Shown here one piece after another: positions 9,375 through 19,404 of a stretch of 64,000 nucleotides of DNA. This stretch comes from Patescibacteria group bacterium (GTDB lineage Bacteria > Patescibacteriota > Patescibacteriia > JAXHNJ01). Where the stretch lies: the NCBI GenBank assembly GCA_034520665.1, contig JAXHNJ010000002.1:352660-416659 (forward strand), written 5' to 3'. The translations under genes and the position numbers were made by a program. Under the pieces are notes generated by a model. That model was given only the letters and a program-made list of their open reading frames with translations. It was not told the origin of the DNA and did no database searches. Each line of letters begins with the position of its first letter. Position 1 is the stretch's first letter.

Positions 9375-10877
9375 CTAGACCCGAGGCTCAACCTCAGTGG
9401 GATATCTATCTGTAAAACAAGCATTACAGAAATTCCTCTCCTGATTAAAAGGTCTGGCAAAATTATCCAAGGTTTCATTTAAACCTTTAATAGAAAGGTA
9501 ACGAACACTGGCTGCTCCCAGTATCTGGGCTATTTCTTTTTCACTATGATTGGCCGCAATAAGCTCATCATAAGTCGGAGTGTCAATACCGTAATAGCAG
9601 GGAGCCTTGATCATGGGAGAGGGAATACGAGTGTGTATTTCTAGGTCCTTTTTTTGACCGCCCAAATTAGACCATTCTTCTATAACCATACTGACCAGAA
9701 CTTTTAATGTCGTCAACCGCACGATAGAATCATCAACAATAATGATTTTCACTGGGGTTTTAATCTGTCTTGTCTGGATTTTGCCAATCAAAGAAGAGAG
9801 GAGAGAGGGCATCAGGCTGTATTTGAGCCGGGATTTACGTTCGCGGTGACCTTCTTTTTCAATAAAAGTTCGGGTTATATAAGGTGTATGTACGAACAAA
9901 ACTTTATCATTGAGGTTTCCTCCTCGAGCAAAACCTTTAGCGGCCGGGATGCCTGAGTTTGGCACTCCAACTACAATTCCCTCTTCAAGGGGTTGCTCTT
10001 GATAAAGTTTTCTTCCCAACTCATAGCGAAAAGCGAAAAACTCTTTTTCGCCTATACCAAAAAGGCGGCTGTCTGGACGAGAAAAATAAATCCATTCAAA
10101 GGGACATCTTTGCCCTGGTCGTTTAGGCTCTACTAATTGATGTTTTTTTATTTTACCGTCCAAGGTAAAAATAATCAGCTCTCCCGGCTTTACTTCACCT
10201 TCTACTTTAGCTTCTGATTCATGAAAAGCACAACTCTCGGAAGCAAAAACCCAGCTATTTTTCCAATACCCATAGACTAAGGGGCGAAAACCATAAGGAT
10301 CGCGAAAAAGATAAAGTTTATCATGAAAGGTTAAGGCTGTTGAATAAGCTCCTTTAGTAGTCAGCATAAAATCTCTTATCGCTTTAGTAAAATTCCTTCC
10401 ATTTTCTTCTGCTAAAAGACTTATTTTTTTGAGAATAATTTCTGCATCATTAGGCATTACTATTTCACCTTGTCGATTGCGGCTACTTAAAAGAAAAACT
10501 TCTTTATCTTCTAAACATTTTCTCTCCTGATCAAGCAAAGGTAAATCTCCGTTTGAACAAACAACTCTTCTTCCTTCTAAAAAATCCATCCATTGAGGCT
10601 GAGCACAACGCATACTTTTGCTGCCGGCTGTAGCGTAGCGTGTATGTCCAGTGGCAATTAAAGGCTGAAAATCTCTGAAAGATTTCAAAAATTTATCATT
10701 AAAAACAGTGCTTACTAAGCCATATCCTTTAATAATATCTTCAATATAATCTCCATTCGAAAAAGCAGCGCCACAGTTTTCCTGTCCCCGGTGCTGCAGG
10801 AAAAAACCCATCAAAGCAAAAAAGGACGCCAGTTCTTCATTCCATTTTTTAGCCACATAGCCAAATACTCCACACAT
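9375..10877 (-). CDS. purF: Amidophosphoribosyltransferase (Fe-S type), divergent
   Basis: N-terminal MCG nucleophile, LQHRGQE, GHTRYAT, CPFEWIYFSRPDS, VDDSIVR, PCYYGIDTP, FCNACF. Confidence 0.9.
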   Translation of the reverse strand: MCGVFGYVAKKWNEELASFFALMGFFLQHRGQENCGAAFSNGDYIEDIIKGYGLVSTVFNDKFLKSFRDFQPLIATGHTRYATAGSKSMRCAQPQWMDFLEGRRVVCSNGDLPLLDQERKCLEDKEVFLLSSRNRQGEIVMPNDAEIILKKISLLAEENGRNFTKAIRDFMLTTKGAYSTALTFHDKLYLFRDPYGFRPLVYGYWKNSWVFASESCAFHESEAKVEGEVKPGELIIFTLDGKIKKHQLVEPKRPGQRCPFEWIYFSRPDSRLFGIGEKEFFAFRYELGRKLYQEQPLEEGIVVGVPNSGIPAAKGFARGGNLNDKVLFVHTPYITRTFIEKEGHRERKSRLKYSLMPSLLSSLIGKIQTRQIKTPVKIIIVDDSIVRLTTLKVLVSMVIEEWSNLGGQKKDLEIHTRIPSPMIKAPCYYGIDTPTYDELIAANHSEKEIAQILGAASVRYLSIKGLNETLDNFARPFNQERNFCNACFTDRYPTEVEPRV

Positions 10878-10937
10878 CTTACTTCCTCCTTTTCAAAAAA
10901 TAAAAAATTCAACTTTCAAAGTTCAAAAGAGCTTTTT

Positions 10938-10966
10938 ATTTTATAATCCCTACCCATCCTTGTCAA
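10938..10966 (-). promoter_or_regulatory. sigma70 promoter of purF
   Basis: TTGACA-17 bp-TAAAAT on the minus strand, followed by GCTCTTTTGAACTTTGAAA and an AGGAGG SD. Confidence 0.6.
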
Positions 10967-11022
10967 ATACAAAAAGCCATGTTATAATGCTTTTACTTTA
11001 TCAATCACTAATAAAAATAATT

Positions 11023-11289
11023 ATGCCGATTAAAAAAGCAGCCATTAAAGCCATTAAACAAGACAAGAAAAGAAAAAAAAGAAACCAGAAAGTAAAAAAT
11101 AATATAAAAGAATTGCGCACAGCTTTTCGCAAAGCCATAGAATCAAAAAATAAAAAAGAATCTGAAAAGATTTCCAAAAAACTCATTAAAGCTTATGATA
11201 AAGCCAGTCAGCATAAAAGTATCAAAAAAAATACAGCTGCTCGGAAAAAATCACGGCTAATGAAGAAGTTGAACAAACTTAAATCTTAA
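11023..11289 (+). CDS. rpsT: 30S ribosomal protein S20
   Basis: MPIKKAAIKAIKQDKKR..RN...DKA....IKKNTAARKKSRL; true start is ATG 11023, not the track's 10960. Confidence 0.95.
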   Translation: MPIKKAAIKAIKQDKKRKKRNQKVKNNIKELRTAFRKAIESKNKKESEKISKKLIKAYDKASQHKSIKKNTAARKKSRLMKKLNKLKS

Positions 11290-11310
11290 ATAATAAATAT
11301 TTATTTAAAT

Positions 11311-11344
11311 AAAAAGTGGGTTATTTAATTATAAGCCACTTTTT
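11311..11344. terminator. Intrinsic terminator after rpsT
   Basis: AAAAGTGG...CCACTTTT hairpin with T-run. Confidence 0.6.
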
Positions 11345-11489
11345 AGTTATTGGGCCAAGCGACGAGTAAGAGCGTGATTTTTTGAGCCTAGAATATAAAC
11401 TAAAACACTGCCCAATGACCATACCAACCGCTCCGCCCGACATCTTTTTAAGGCTAATAGTGCGGCGATTCAAAAACTTTATTCCATTT

Positions 11490-11850
11490 CGACCCCCTCG
11501 ACTCTCTCACTTTATTCGTTCGCTCGGGGCAGGCTGAGTGGAGAAATCTCACTAAAATATTCATAAGGATCTCTCCTTTGTATAGTGGCGTAAAGAAAAT
11601 AAACCGGACTAAAGTCCGTATGAAAATAATATTTTCTTTTTTCTTAGCCACTTCAGATGTGTACTAATAAAATAGAAAATAAGGTTATGCTGACGCTTTC
11701 CTCCTTTTACCACTTCGTCCGATCATTAAAGAGTAGATGTCAGTCGCGACTGACATCTACGGATAGCAGGCCGCATGGAGAAATCCTGTTAAATTAACCA
11801 TAAGGTTCTCTCCACTGCATCGCGCTCAGCGCGACTGCGGTCGAGATGGT
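11490..11850. repeat. Cluster of REP-like palindromic elements between rpsT and holA
   Basis: CCCTCGACTC..CGCTCGGGGCAGGC (11495-11534); two TGGAGAAATC...TCTCTCC elements; perfect 28-bp palindrome at 11733-11760; TCGCGCTCAGCGCGA. Confidence 0.7.
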
Positions 11851-11953
11851 TTGAGTGATTATAATAGCGTAGGCTCGCGTCCCTTGCGCCTTGCAAAACT
11901 AGACAGCCAAGTCTGCCCTTTTCTTTTTAAATACAAGAACAAACCCTATTAAC

Positions 11954-12946
11954 CTAAGAATTACACACCTTAAAAATAAACAAGTCAAAAAGCACTCTCG
12001 GTTCAGCCTGGCTTGTTTTTATTTTCAGGTCAATATCTAGAAGCTGCTGGTAAATATTTTTTAATTCTTTAAATTTAAAATTTCTGGTTTGAACTAAAGA
12101 TTTTTTAGCTACGAAAGGGTGTAAATTTAAACGATTGGCAATGGTATAATAATTGCTTTCTTCTTGGGAAACTTCTTTAACCTGAACTAAAATTCTAAAA
12201 AGACGGCTAAGCATAGCCAGTAGATAAAGCTCATTTTCACCGCTCATAATCTGATCCCTGATTAGTTTTAAAGCTAATTTTTTCTTTTTTTCAGCCAAGG
12301 CATCAGTCAATTTAAAAATATCCGTGTCATACTTAGTTTTTACAAATAAACTAACATCATCTTTATTAATAACTTTTCCTTTTTTATAATTAATTAATTT
12401 TTCAATTTCATTATTCATCTGCCATAAATCCTGGCCAACTAAAGCCAGTAATAAATCCAGAGCTACTGGTTCAATTCGTCCGCCCCTTTTTCTAATTTCT
12501 TTTTCAGTCCAGTTTTTTAGCCTGTACCCTTTGAGTAAACCAAAATCTTCAACTTTAGCTTCTTTAGCCAGATATTTTTGTAGAGGCGAAACTTTCTTAC
12601 GGCCTCTTTTTTTCTTACCGCGGCCCTGATTTTCGATATCACCTTCCCAAAAAATTAAAACTTCATCCTGGCTTAATTTATTTTCTTTTAAATATTTAAC
12701 TACTTCTTTTTGTATTTTCTCTTTTTTATTTTTGCCCATCAAATCTTCTATAACCACTAACTTCTTTTTTGAAAGCAGTCCTTTATTGCCTAATTTATTT
12801 CTTAAATCTTCCAACTTTAATTTTTCACCGGCTAAAACTTCAATATTAAAACCTTGAGGGTCGTATTTTTTCTTAAACCCTTCTCTGTAAAATTTTAGTT
12901 TTTGCCGGGAGCGAAAAGTATCGGCTCCGTAAAGAAAAATTATCAT
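11954..12946 (-). CDS. holA: DNA polymerase III delta subunit
   Basis: MIIFLYGAD, EIEKL, IFKLTDAL, LHPFVAKK, DLKIKT; sits next to rpsT as is usual. Confidence 0.92.
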   Translation of the reverse strand: MIIFLYGADTFRSRQKLKFYREGFKKKYDPQGFNIEVLAGEKLKLEDLRNKLGNKGLLSKKKLVVIEDLMGKNKKEKIQKEVVKYLKENKLSQDEVLIFWEGDIENQGRGKKKRGRKKVSPLQKYLAKEAKVEDFGLLKGYRLKNWTEKEIRKRGGRIEPVALDLLLALVGQDLWQMNNEIEKLINYKKGKVINKDDVSLFVKTKYDTDIFKLTDALAEKKKKLALKLIRDQIMSGENELYLLAMLSRLFRILVQVKEVSQEESNYYTIANRLNLHPFVAKKSLVQTRNFKFKELKNIYQQLLDIDLKIKTSQAEPRVLFDLFIFKVCNS

Positions 12947-13223
12947 AGGTACTTATTATCTTGACACAATTAATATAATTTGTTAAGTTTCACAGTCTGT
13001 ATTAGAATGAAAATTAGTTCTTTTAACTAAAAACAAGGAAAGTGAAAAATGAAAAAAAAGTAGAATATTTTTGTACATTTTTTAAATTTAAATTATCGAA
13101 AAGTAAATTCTGTAATTTTGCCCAAGTCCTTAAAGCCAAGGAGTTCTTATAAAAGATCTTACCTTAAACTTCTACTAGATTTTAAAAGACTTTCATTTAC
13201 CACCTAAAAGAAAGGAAAGAAAA

Positions 13224-13445
13224 ATGAATGATAATCTCTTTGATCTAAGGAAAAATCCTAATAAAACCAGTTCTGATGGTAAAACAAACAAGCCTGGAGA
13301 TTTGTTCGGTTTATCTGCTATTGATCCAAGCTATGATCCCACCAAAGACATTAATCTTCAAGAATATAATGGTGATTTCCAAGAAGAAGATCCAGACGAA
13401 CCTCAGGATGGTTTTCCTGATAATAAAATTTTCCACGTTTTCTAA
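13224..13445 (+). CDS. Small acidic hypothetical protein
   Basis: 73-aa ORF with purine-rich leader, followed by a hairpin and T-run terminator. Confidence 0.5.
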   Translation: MNDNLFDLRKNPNKTSSDGKTNKPGDLFGLSAIDPSYDPTKDINLQEYNGDFQEEDPDEPQDGFPDNKIFHVF

Positions 13446-13454
13446 TTATCCCTA

Positions 13455-13485
13455 CCCCCAGTCTTTTAAGGCTCGGGGGTTTTTT
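13455..13485 (+). terminator. Intrinsic terminator
   Basis: ACCCCCAGTC...GGCTCGGGGGT followed by a T-run. Confidence 0.6.
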
Positions 13486-13597
13486 ATATTATAAAAGAAC
13501 GCCTAAAAAAAGACGCCCTATTATATTAATTTTACTATTTTGATAACTGAGCCGTTATTTTATTAGAATAAAAACCGCACTAACATCATTGCTATAA

Positions 13598-15337
13598 TTA
13601 AAGCACTTCTCCTTCTTTTATTTCTACCGTATTACTACAGGTAACCTGATAAGCTGTGTCCACCACACAAATAGAATAATAATGTGTACCCTGGGTTAAG
13701 TTTACTTCAGTTTTTCTGGCACTGCCGGCCTTTTTGCCTGTATCAACATAACTGACAGTACTGGCATTGGAGATCGCTTGCAAATAATCATCGGCTGGAT
13801 AGGTAGGAGTAGCCTCGGTTTGTGACCAAACAAGCTTATAGTATTTAAAATCTGATTCAATCGATTTATTCCAAGAGAGAGTGACTCTATCGGCACTAAT
13901 AGACCCCGAAAGTGTAACCGCGCTAGGAGCATCATTTTCATTGATAGCCGTGATCTGGACCACATTACTACAAATAGTTTCGTCGCCAACGGCGCAAATT
14001 CGATAGTAATAGCTAGTACCATTTACAGCTAATTTATCTCGATAACTAGTATTACTTTTGCCTAGGGCCGTTATATATCCGTCATCGGGGTATCTGAGAT
14101 CAGCATTTGTTTTTGAGCGAACCACTTTGTAATACTTAAATCCGGCCATAGATGAAAGATCAGTCCACCAGAGGCCCACTCCGGTACTTTCCGCTTTAGC
14201 CGACATAGTGAGAGAGATTTCGCTGGTTGAAGATGTTTCTGGTGCGGTTACGATAATATCATTAGAATAAACCCCGCATTCAGAACCTAAATACTGGCAA
14301 ACCCGAAAATGCCAAGTTTTACCATCTTTTAATTCCCATTGGTAGCTTTTATTTTCTCCCTTATTTAAGTAGACATAATACGAGCCCGGGTAAACTGGAT
14401 TTTCTTCCAGACTTCTCACAACTTTAAATCCGTGACTAACATCTAGCCCCGTAGCTGTCCAAGAAAGACTGACACCATTATCGCTGGCTGAACCGGTTAA
14501 AACAATACTACCTGTTTCTTCGGTAGAAGTATTGGTATTTGAATTTGTGTTAGTATCGTCACCCGTATCATCTTCCTCCGCTTTATTATTTTCTTCTTCT
14601 TTTTTAAAATCTAAAAATCCCAGTTCTTTTTTTTCTGACTGGTCTTTTTCCTTGTTCCACATGACAAAAGCGTCATTTTTTACTTCCTCTTGATCAATTT
14701 CTTTAACTACTTTAACTTCTTCCGGTTTATCTTTTTTTTCAATATAATATTTCTCACCCTCAGCCACCACCGTTTCATTGCCTTCGCCAATAACTTTAAC
14801 ACTGCTCTCAAAAACCTCAACTCCTTTTTCACCTTCATTATTAACCGTGCTAAAAGCCGTGCCTAATGATTGATAGACTACATCCATAGCTTTAATCTGA
14901 TAGGTTCTCTCAAGCTTGGCTACCCGAGAGTAAATTTCTCCTTTATCATTAGTAATAATAATATTATTCGGATCCATACTAGTCAGAGTAATACCAGCAT
15001 TACTGTTTAAACGCACAGCACTGCCGTCATCAAGATTAATAATGGCTTTTCCTTCACCGACAATTTCTACTGAATAACTCTCAAATAAGTTATCATTTAA
15101 ACTAGCTCGAGCCCACTGGCCATTAGGTTCTTTATATTCCACCACTCCTTCTAAATAGGAAAAGGTAGCCCCAATCTCAGTTTTTTCTTCCACTTCTTCG
15201 GCCACAGTATTAGTATTAGTCACTTCTTCTTCAGTAAAATAAAGCTGGTAAGCCATGTATCCGCCAATAATTACCAAAATGAAAACTAAAGTTAGAACAT
15301 AAGGTAAATAACTCGATTTTTTATTTTCTTCACTCAT
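13598..15337 (-). CDS. Membrane-anchored FecR-domain protein with three C-terminal FN3-like repeats
   Basis: TM; FecR-like 'LDDGSAVRLNSN', 'SLGTAF'; repeats of V.L.W...F.YYK.V.S....YP..Y..YY.IC. Confidence 0.75.
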   Translation of the reverse strand: MSEENKKSSYLPYVLTLVFILVIIGGYMAYQLYFTEEEVTNTNTVAEEVEEKTEIGATFSYLEGVVEYKEPNGQWARASLNDNLFESYSVEIVGEGKAIINLDDGSAVRLNSNAGITLTSMDPNNIIITNDKGEIYSRVAKLERTYQIKAMDVVYQSLGTAFSTVNNEGEKGVEVFESSVKVIGEGNETVVAEGEKYYIEKKDKPEEVKVVKEIDQEEVKNDAFVMWNKEKDQSEKKELGFLDFKKEEENNKAEEDDTGDDTNTNSNTNTSTEETGSIVLTGSASDNGVSLSWTATGLDVSHGFKVVRSLEENPVYPGSYYVYLNKGENKSYQWELKDGKTWHFRVCQYLGSECGVYSNDIIVTAPETSSTSEISLTMSAKAESTGVGLWWTDLSSMAGFKYYKVVRSKTNADLRYPDDGYITALGKSNTSYRDKLAVNGTSYYYRICAVGDETICSNVVQITAINENDAPSAVTLSGSISADRVTLSWNKSIESDFKYYKLVWSQTEATPTYPADDYLQAISNASTVSYVDTGKKAGSARKTEVNLTQGTHYYSICVVDTAYQVTCSNTVEIKEGEVL

Positions 15338-15420
15338 AATTTTTTATTTAATTGATAAAAGGAGATTAATAAATAAACCTCCTTAATTTAATTTTATAAC
15401 AAATTTATTGATTAAACAAG

Positions 15421-18162
15421 CTAATCACACTCTCCCCAGCTTTGACCTGATTCAATATCGACCACTATCGGCACCTTTAATTTATGAATATTCTCCATGG
15501 TTTCTTTAACAAACTTTGATACTTTTGAAAGCTCTTTTTCCGGCACCTCAAAGACCAGCTCGTCATGAACTTGCATAATCATTTTTGACTTAGAGCTAAT
15601 CCGGGGTAACTCTTTGTCTATTTTGATCATGGCTAATTTTATAATATCAGCGGCTGTGCCCTGAACCGGATGATTAATAGCCGCTCTTTCGGCCGCTGCT
15701 TTTAAACCCTTATTACCGGACTGAATTTCCGGGTAATAACGGCGCCGGCCAAACAGGGTTTCATTATAACCCTCTTCAAAAGCCTGATCCCGACTGGTTT
15801 CCAAAAAGTCAGCTACTCCTTCATACAAAGAAAAATATCTTTCAATAAAATCGCGGGCTTTATCTAAAGAAATACCCGCATTGCTTGAAAGCCCATACAC
15901 TCCCAGACCGTAAATAATACCAAAGTTAGTCGCTTTAGCGGCGTAACGCATTTTTTTCGTCACTTTGTCTAAAGGCACTTCATTAATAATAGCCGCTGTG
16001 CGGGTATGAATATCCTCTCCTTTTTTAAACGAATTAATCATTTTCTCGTCCCCAGACAGAGAAGCCACTACTCTTAGCTCTATTTGAGAATAATCAGCCT
16101 TTAAAATCTTATATCCTTTTTCCGGTATAAAAGCATTTCTAATCTTGGCTCCAAGCTTGGTGCGAACGGGAATATTCTGTAAATTAGGTTTAGAAGAGGA
16201 AAGCCGTCCAGTGGCTACTATAGTCTGATTATAACTAGTGTGTACCCGTCCAGTTTTTTTATTTACTAATTTAGGCAAAGCCTCTAGATAAGTTGATTTT
16301 AACTTGCTTAATTCGCGGTGTTCTGAAATAAGATTAATAATCGGGTGACGATCTTTCATTTTTTCCAGTTCAGAAGCAGCTGTGGAAATACCAGTCTTGG
16401 TCCGGCTAATACCCTCGGCTGAAATTTTTAATTCTTCAAACAAAATTTTTCTTAATTGAAGCGGTGAATTTATATTAAACTCACACCCTGCTAGTTTATA
16501 AATCTCTTTTCTTATTTTAGATAAACGTGCCCTAACTTCCTGGCTCATTTCAGCTAAATAATCACTGTCAATTTTTACTCCCACTTCTTCCATTTCCGCC
16601 AAAACTCTGACTAGGGGCATTTCCATTTCATGAAAAAGTTTATCTAAATTCTTTTTATCCAGTTCTGGGTCCAGCTTTTTAGACAATTTAAAAGTAAAGT
16701 CAGCGTCTTCGCAGGAATACCAGCTTAATTTTTCCAGGGGAATTTTCTCTATCAGCAATTGGTTTTTCCCTTTCTTTCCGATTAGGGCCGTCATCGGCTG
16801 CATTTCATAACCGAGCTCAGAAAAAACCAAACTATCCAAATTATACTGCCTTACTCCCGGGTTAATTAAATAAGCAGCAATCATTGAGTCAAACCAAAGC
16901 GGTTTAACCTCCACCCCGGCTTGCTTCATAACAGAATAATCATATTTAATATTATGGGCGTATTTTAATATTTTTTCGTTTTCTAAGATTGGTTTTAACT
17001 TTTCTATAGCTTTCGGCAATTTTACAACAGAGACAAAATAAGCCTCATTCCCTTTAAAACTAAAACTAATACCCAAAAGACGGGCCTTTAAGGGCTCAAA
17101 GCTGGTGGTCTCAGTATCAAAACAAACTTCTTTTTGTCTTTTTAAAGCCTCAATTAACTTAATTAAATCCTTTTCTTTATCAATTAACTTATATTCCAGC
17201 CCCAAATCCTTGGCTTTTTCTTTTCTTTTTTCTTGATTATTTTCGCTACCTAATGGCATTTTACCCTGAAATCCCTTTCCCTTTTCTACTTCCGGCAATC
17301 TGTTTAACATACTTTTAAACTCTAGCTTTTGAAAAAGCTCCACCACTTCTCTCCGGTCATAATCATGGATTTTAGCTTTTTTCAAATTAAATTTAAGTGG
17401 TACATTACAATTTATAGTAGCCAGCTTTTTGGAAAGCTCGGCTTCTTTTTTATTTTCTTTTAAAAGCTTTTGCCAACGCTCTTTGATTTTGTCGATATTT
17501 TTATAAATTTTTTCCAAGCAGCCGTATTCTTTAATCAGCTTAGTGGCTGTTTTCTGGCCCACTCCTTTTACTCCTGGAATATTATCTGAGGGGTCGCCTC
17601 GCAGGGCTTTGTAGTCAACCACTTTTTTAGGCCCAAAACCAAATCTTTGTTTAACCGCTTTTTCATCATAAATTACCTCATCACTCACTCCTTTTTTTAA
17701 GGTAAAAACCTTGGTACTTTTATTAACTAATTGCAAAGTATCTAAATCACCAGTAACAACAATACTCTCAATTTGTGATTTGTGATTTGTGATTTGTGAT
17801 ACGATTGTGCCGATTAGGTCATCGGCTTCAAAACCTTTTTTTTCAAAAATGGGAATATTAAAAGCCTTAACCACTTCTTTAACCCGCGGAATCTGATCAT
17901 AAAGCGACTGGTCCGCTTTAACCCGCGTGGCCTTGTATTCTTTATACATCTTGTCGCGAAAAGTCGGGCCGGCTAAATCAAAAGTAGCCGCTACATAGTC
18001 AGGCTTTAAGTCATTCAAAACTTTAAGTAAAACCGAGGTAAAACCATAAACAGCGTTAACTAGTTCACCTTTTTTGGTGGTCAAAGTCGGAGGCAAGGCG
18101 TGAAAAGCCCGGTGAATCAAAGCATTGCCGTCTATAATTACTAGTTTTTCTTTTTTTGTCAT
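15421..18162 (-). CDS. polA: DNA polymerase I
   Basis: 5' nuclease (DGNALIHRAFHALP, EADD, GDPSDNIPGV), 3'-5' exonuclease (FDTETT), polymerase motifs (ADYSQIELR, K..NFGIIYG, QVHDE). Confidence 0.98.
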   Translation of the reverse strand: MTKKEKLVIIDGNALIHRAFHALPPTLTTKKGELVNAVYGFTSVLLKVLNDLKPDYVAATFDLAGPTFRDKMYKEYKATRVKADQSLYDQIPRVKEVVKAFNIPIFEKKGFEADDLIGTIVSQITNHKSQIESIVVTGDLDTLQLVNKSTKVFTLKKGVSDEVIYDEKAVKQRFGFGPKKVVDYKALRGDPSDNIPGVKGVGQKTATKLIKEYGCLEKIYKNIDKIKERWQKLLKENKKEAELSKKLATINCNVPLKFNLKKAKIHDYDRREVVELFQKLEFKSMLNRLPEVEKGKGFQGKMPLGSENNQEKRKEKAKDLGLEYKLIDKEKDLIKLIEALKRQKEVCFDTETTSFEPLKARLLGISFSFKGNEAYFVSVVKLPKAIEKLKPILENEKILKYAHNIKYDYSVMKQAGVEVKPLWFDSMIAAYLINPGVRQYNLDSLVFSELGYEMQPMTALIGKKGKNQLLIEKIPLEKLSWYSCEDADFTFKLSKKLDPELDKKNLDKLFHEMEMPLVRVLAEMEEVGVKIDSDYLAEMSQEVRARLSKIRKEIYKLAGCEFNINSPLQLRKILFEELKISAEGISRTKTGISTAASELEKMKDRHPIINLISEHRELSKLKSTYLEALPKLVNKKTGRVHTSYNQTIVATGRLSSSKPNLQNIPVRTKLGAKIRNAFIPEKGYKILKADYSQIELRVVASLSGDEKMINSFKKGEDIHTRTAAIINEVPLDKVTKKMRYAAKATNFGIIYGLGVYGLSSNAGISLDKARDFIERYFSLYEGVADFLETSRDQAFEEGYNETLFGRRRYYPEIQSGNKGLKAAAERAAINHPVQGTAADIIKLAMIKIDKELPRISSKSKMIMQVHDELVFEVPEKELSKVSKFVKETMENIHKLKVPIVVDIESGQSWGECD
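17771..17800. repeat. Heptanucleotide tandem repeat (ATTTGTG)x4 inside polA
   Basis: Seen directly; encodes SQITNHKSQI in a loop of the 5' nuclease domain. Confidence 0.85.
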
Positions 18163-18332
18163 ATTCTTATTTTAACAAAAAATAAGCTTTTCGTCTTGCT
18201 AAAATTTATACTACTAATTTAAATCTACTAACCTTAATAAAAATATTGACATAATAAAAAACCTATGTTTAAATACCCTGTTATAGTACTTTAAATTTAA
18301 GATTTGTTTTTTTTACAAGAAGGGAGTATCAA

Positions 18333-18626
18333 ATGAGTGGTAAAAAGAGAAACAGTATAGAAGATTTAGGTCTAATTAAATGCAAAAATGTGAAAGGATT
18401 TTGTTCTATTTGTAAAACTAAATGGAGAGAAGGAAAAGACTGTCCAAATGGTCACAAAAAAGGTGTTACATATTTTGTACAAGAAAGAAAAAGTAATAAT
18501 CTAAAAAGAAGAAGATTAATTAAATGTAAACTTTTTGGAAATCGATGTAATATTTGTGGCTCATCTGTTGATGAATGCGGGATATGCAATAATCAACATG
18601 TCCTGGGTCAATTTTATCCTGTTTAA
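18333..18626 (+). CDS. Small Cys/His-rich protein with two putative Zn-binding repeats
   Basis: Two IKC..C-x2-C..C-x3-H units; AGGGAG SD; TTGACA at 18246. Confidence 0.65.
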   Translation: MSGKKRNSIEDLGLIKCKNVKGFCSICKTKWREGKDCPNGHKKGVTYFVQERKSNNLKRRRLIKCKLFGNRCNICGSSVDECGICNNQHVLGQFYPV

Positions 18627-18708
18627 TTTTCTTTTTTCATTTAGAATATATGGGGGAGTAAAAAAATCTTTATCTATTACTTGGCGAATCAATTATGATT
18701 CGCCTTTT

Positions 18709-19386
18709 TTATATCACTTGATTTTTACTTATCTTTTTATATTTACCTAGGTCAAGATCATCAATTTCTAACTTACCAATTCTTACTCTACTTAATTCAT
18801 CAGTCTTATAACCAATTTCCTCAAACATACGCCGGATTTGTCTTTTCCAGCCCTGATGGATAATAATTTTGTATTTTTTATCATCAATTTTTTTAATTTT
18901 ATCAAACCTAGCCAAACCTTCCTCTAATTTAACACCTTTTTTCAATTTTAATAAATTTTCTGAAGATAATTTATCACTTAATTCAACTTGATACTCTTTT
19001 TCGTGTTTAAACTTGGGATGAGTCAGCCTGTAAATAAAGTCTCCGTCATTGGATAAAATTAAAAGACCTTCGGAATTTTTATCCAGCCGTCCGGCTATTT
19101 TTAAATGATGATATTTTTCGGGCAAAAGTTTATAAACTGATTTTTCTCCTTTAAAATCAGCTCGGGTGCAAACATAAGCCCGGGGCTTATTCAAAGCCAG
19201 ATAAGCATACTCTTTTACCTGGCAAGGTTTATTATTGACTAAAACCTCATCTTTTTCCGGATTAATTTTTATTCCCAACTCTTTAACCACTTGGCTATTT
19301 ATTTTAACCCGGCCTTGTTTTATTATTTGGTCAGCTTTTCGCCTGGAAGCCACTCCACATAATGATAAATATTTATTCAGTCTCAT
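18709..19386 (-). CDS. rRNA pseudouridine synthase, RsuA/RluB family
   Basis: S4 domain (MRLNKYL...SRRKAD), GRLD catalytic motif, LTHP...KEY, RQIRRM. Confidence 0.93.
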   Translation of the reverse strand: MRLNKYLSLCGVASRRKADQIIKQGRVKINSQVVKELGIKINPEKDEVLVNNKPCQVKEYAYLALNKPRAYVCTRADFKGEKSVYKLLPEKYHHLKIAGRLDKNSEGLLILSNDGDFIYRLTHPKFKHEKEYQVELSDKLSSENLLKLKKGVKLEEGLARFDKIKKIDDKKYKIIIHQGWKRQIRRMFEEIGYKTDELSRVRIGKLEIDDLDLGKYKKISKNQVI

Positions 19387-19404
19387 ATTTTTAGTATAAC
19401 ATAC

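Noticed and set aside
11454-11651. 65-aa ORF in the rpsT-holA gap
   Set aside because: Built largely from REP-like palindromes.
13049-13200. Possible frameshifted small gene after a promoter and purine-rich leader (ATG AAA AAA AAG TAG)
   Set aside because: Stops after four codons, and no recognisable product in the other frames.
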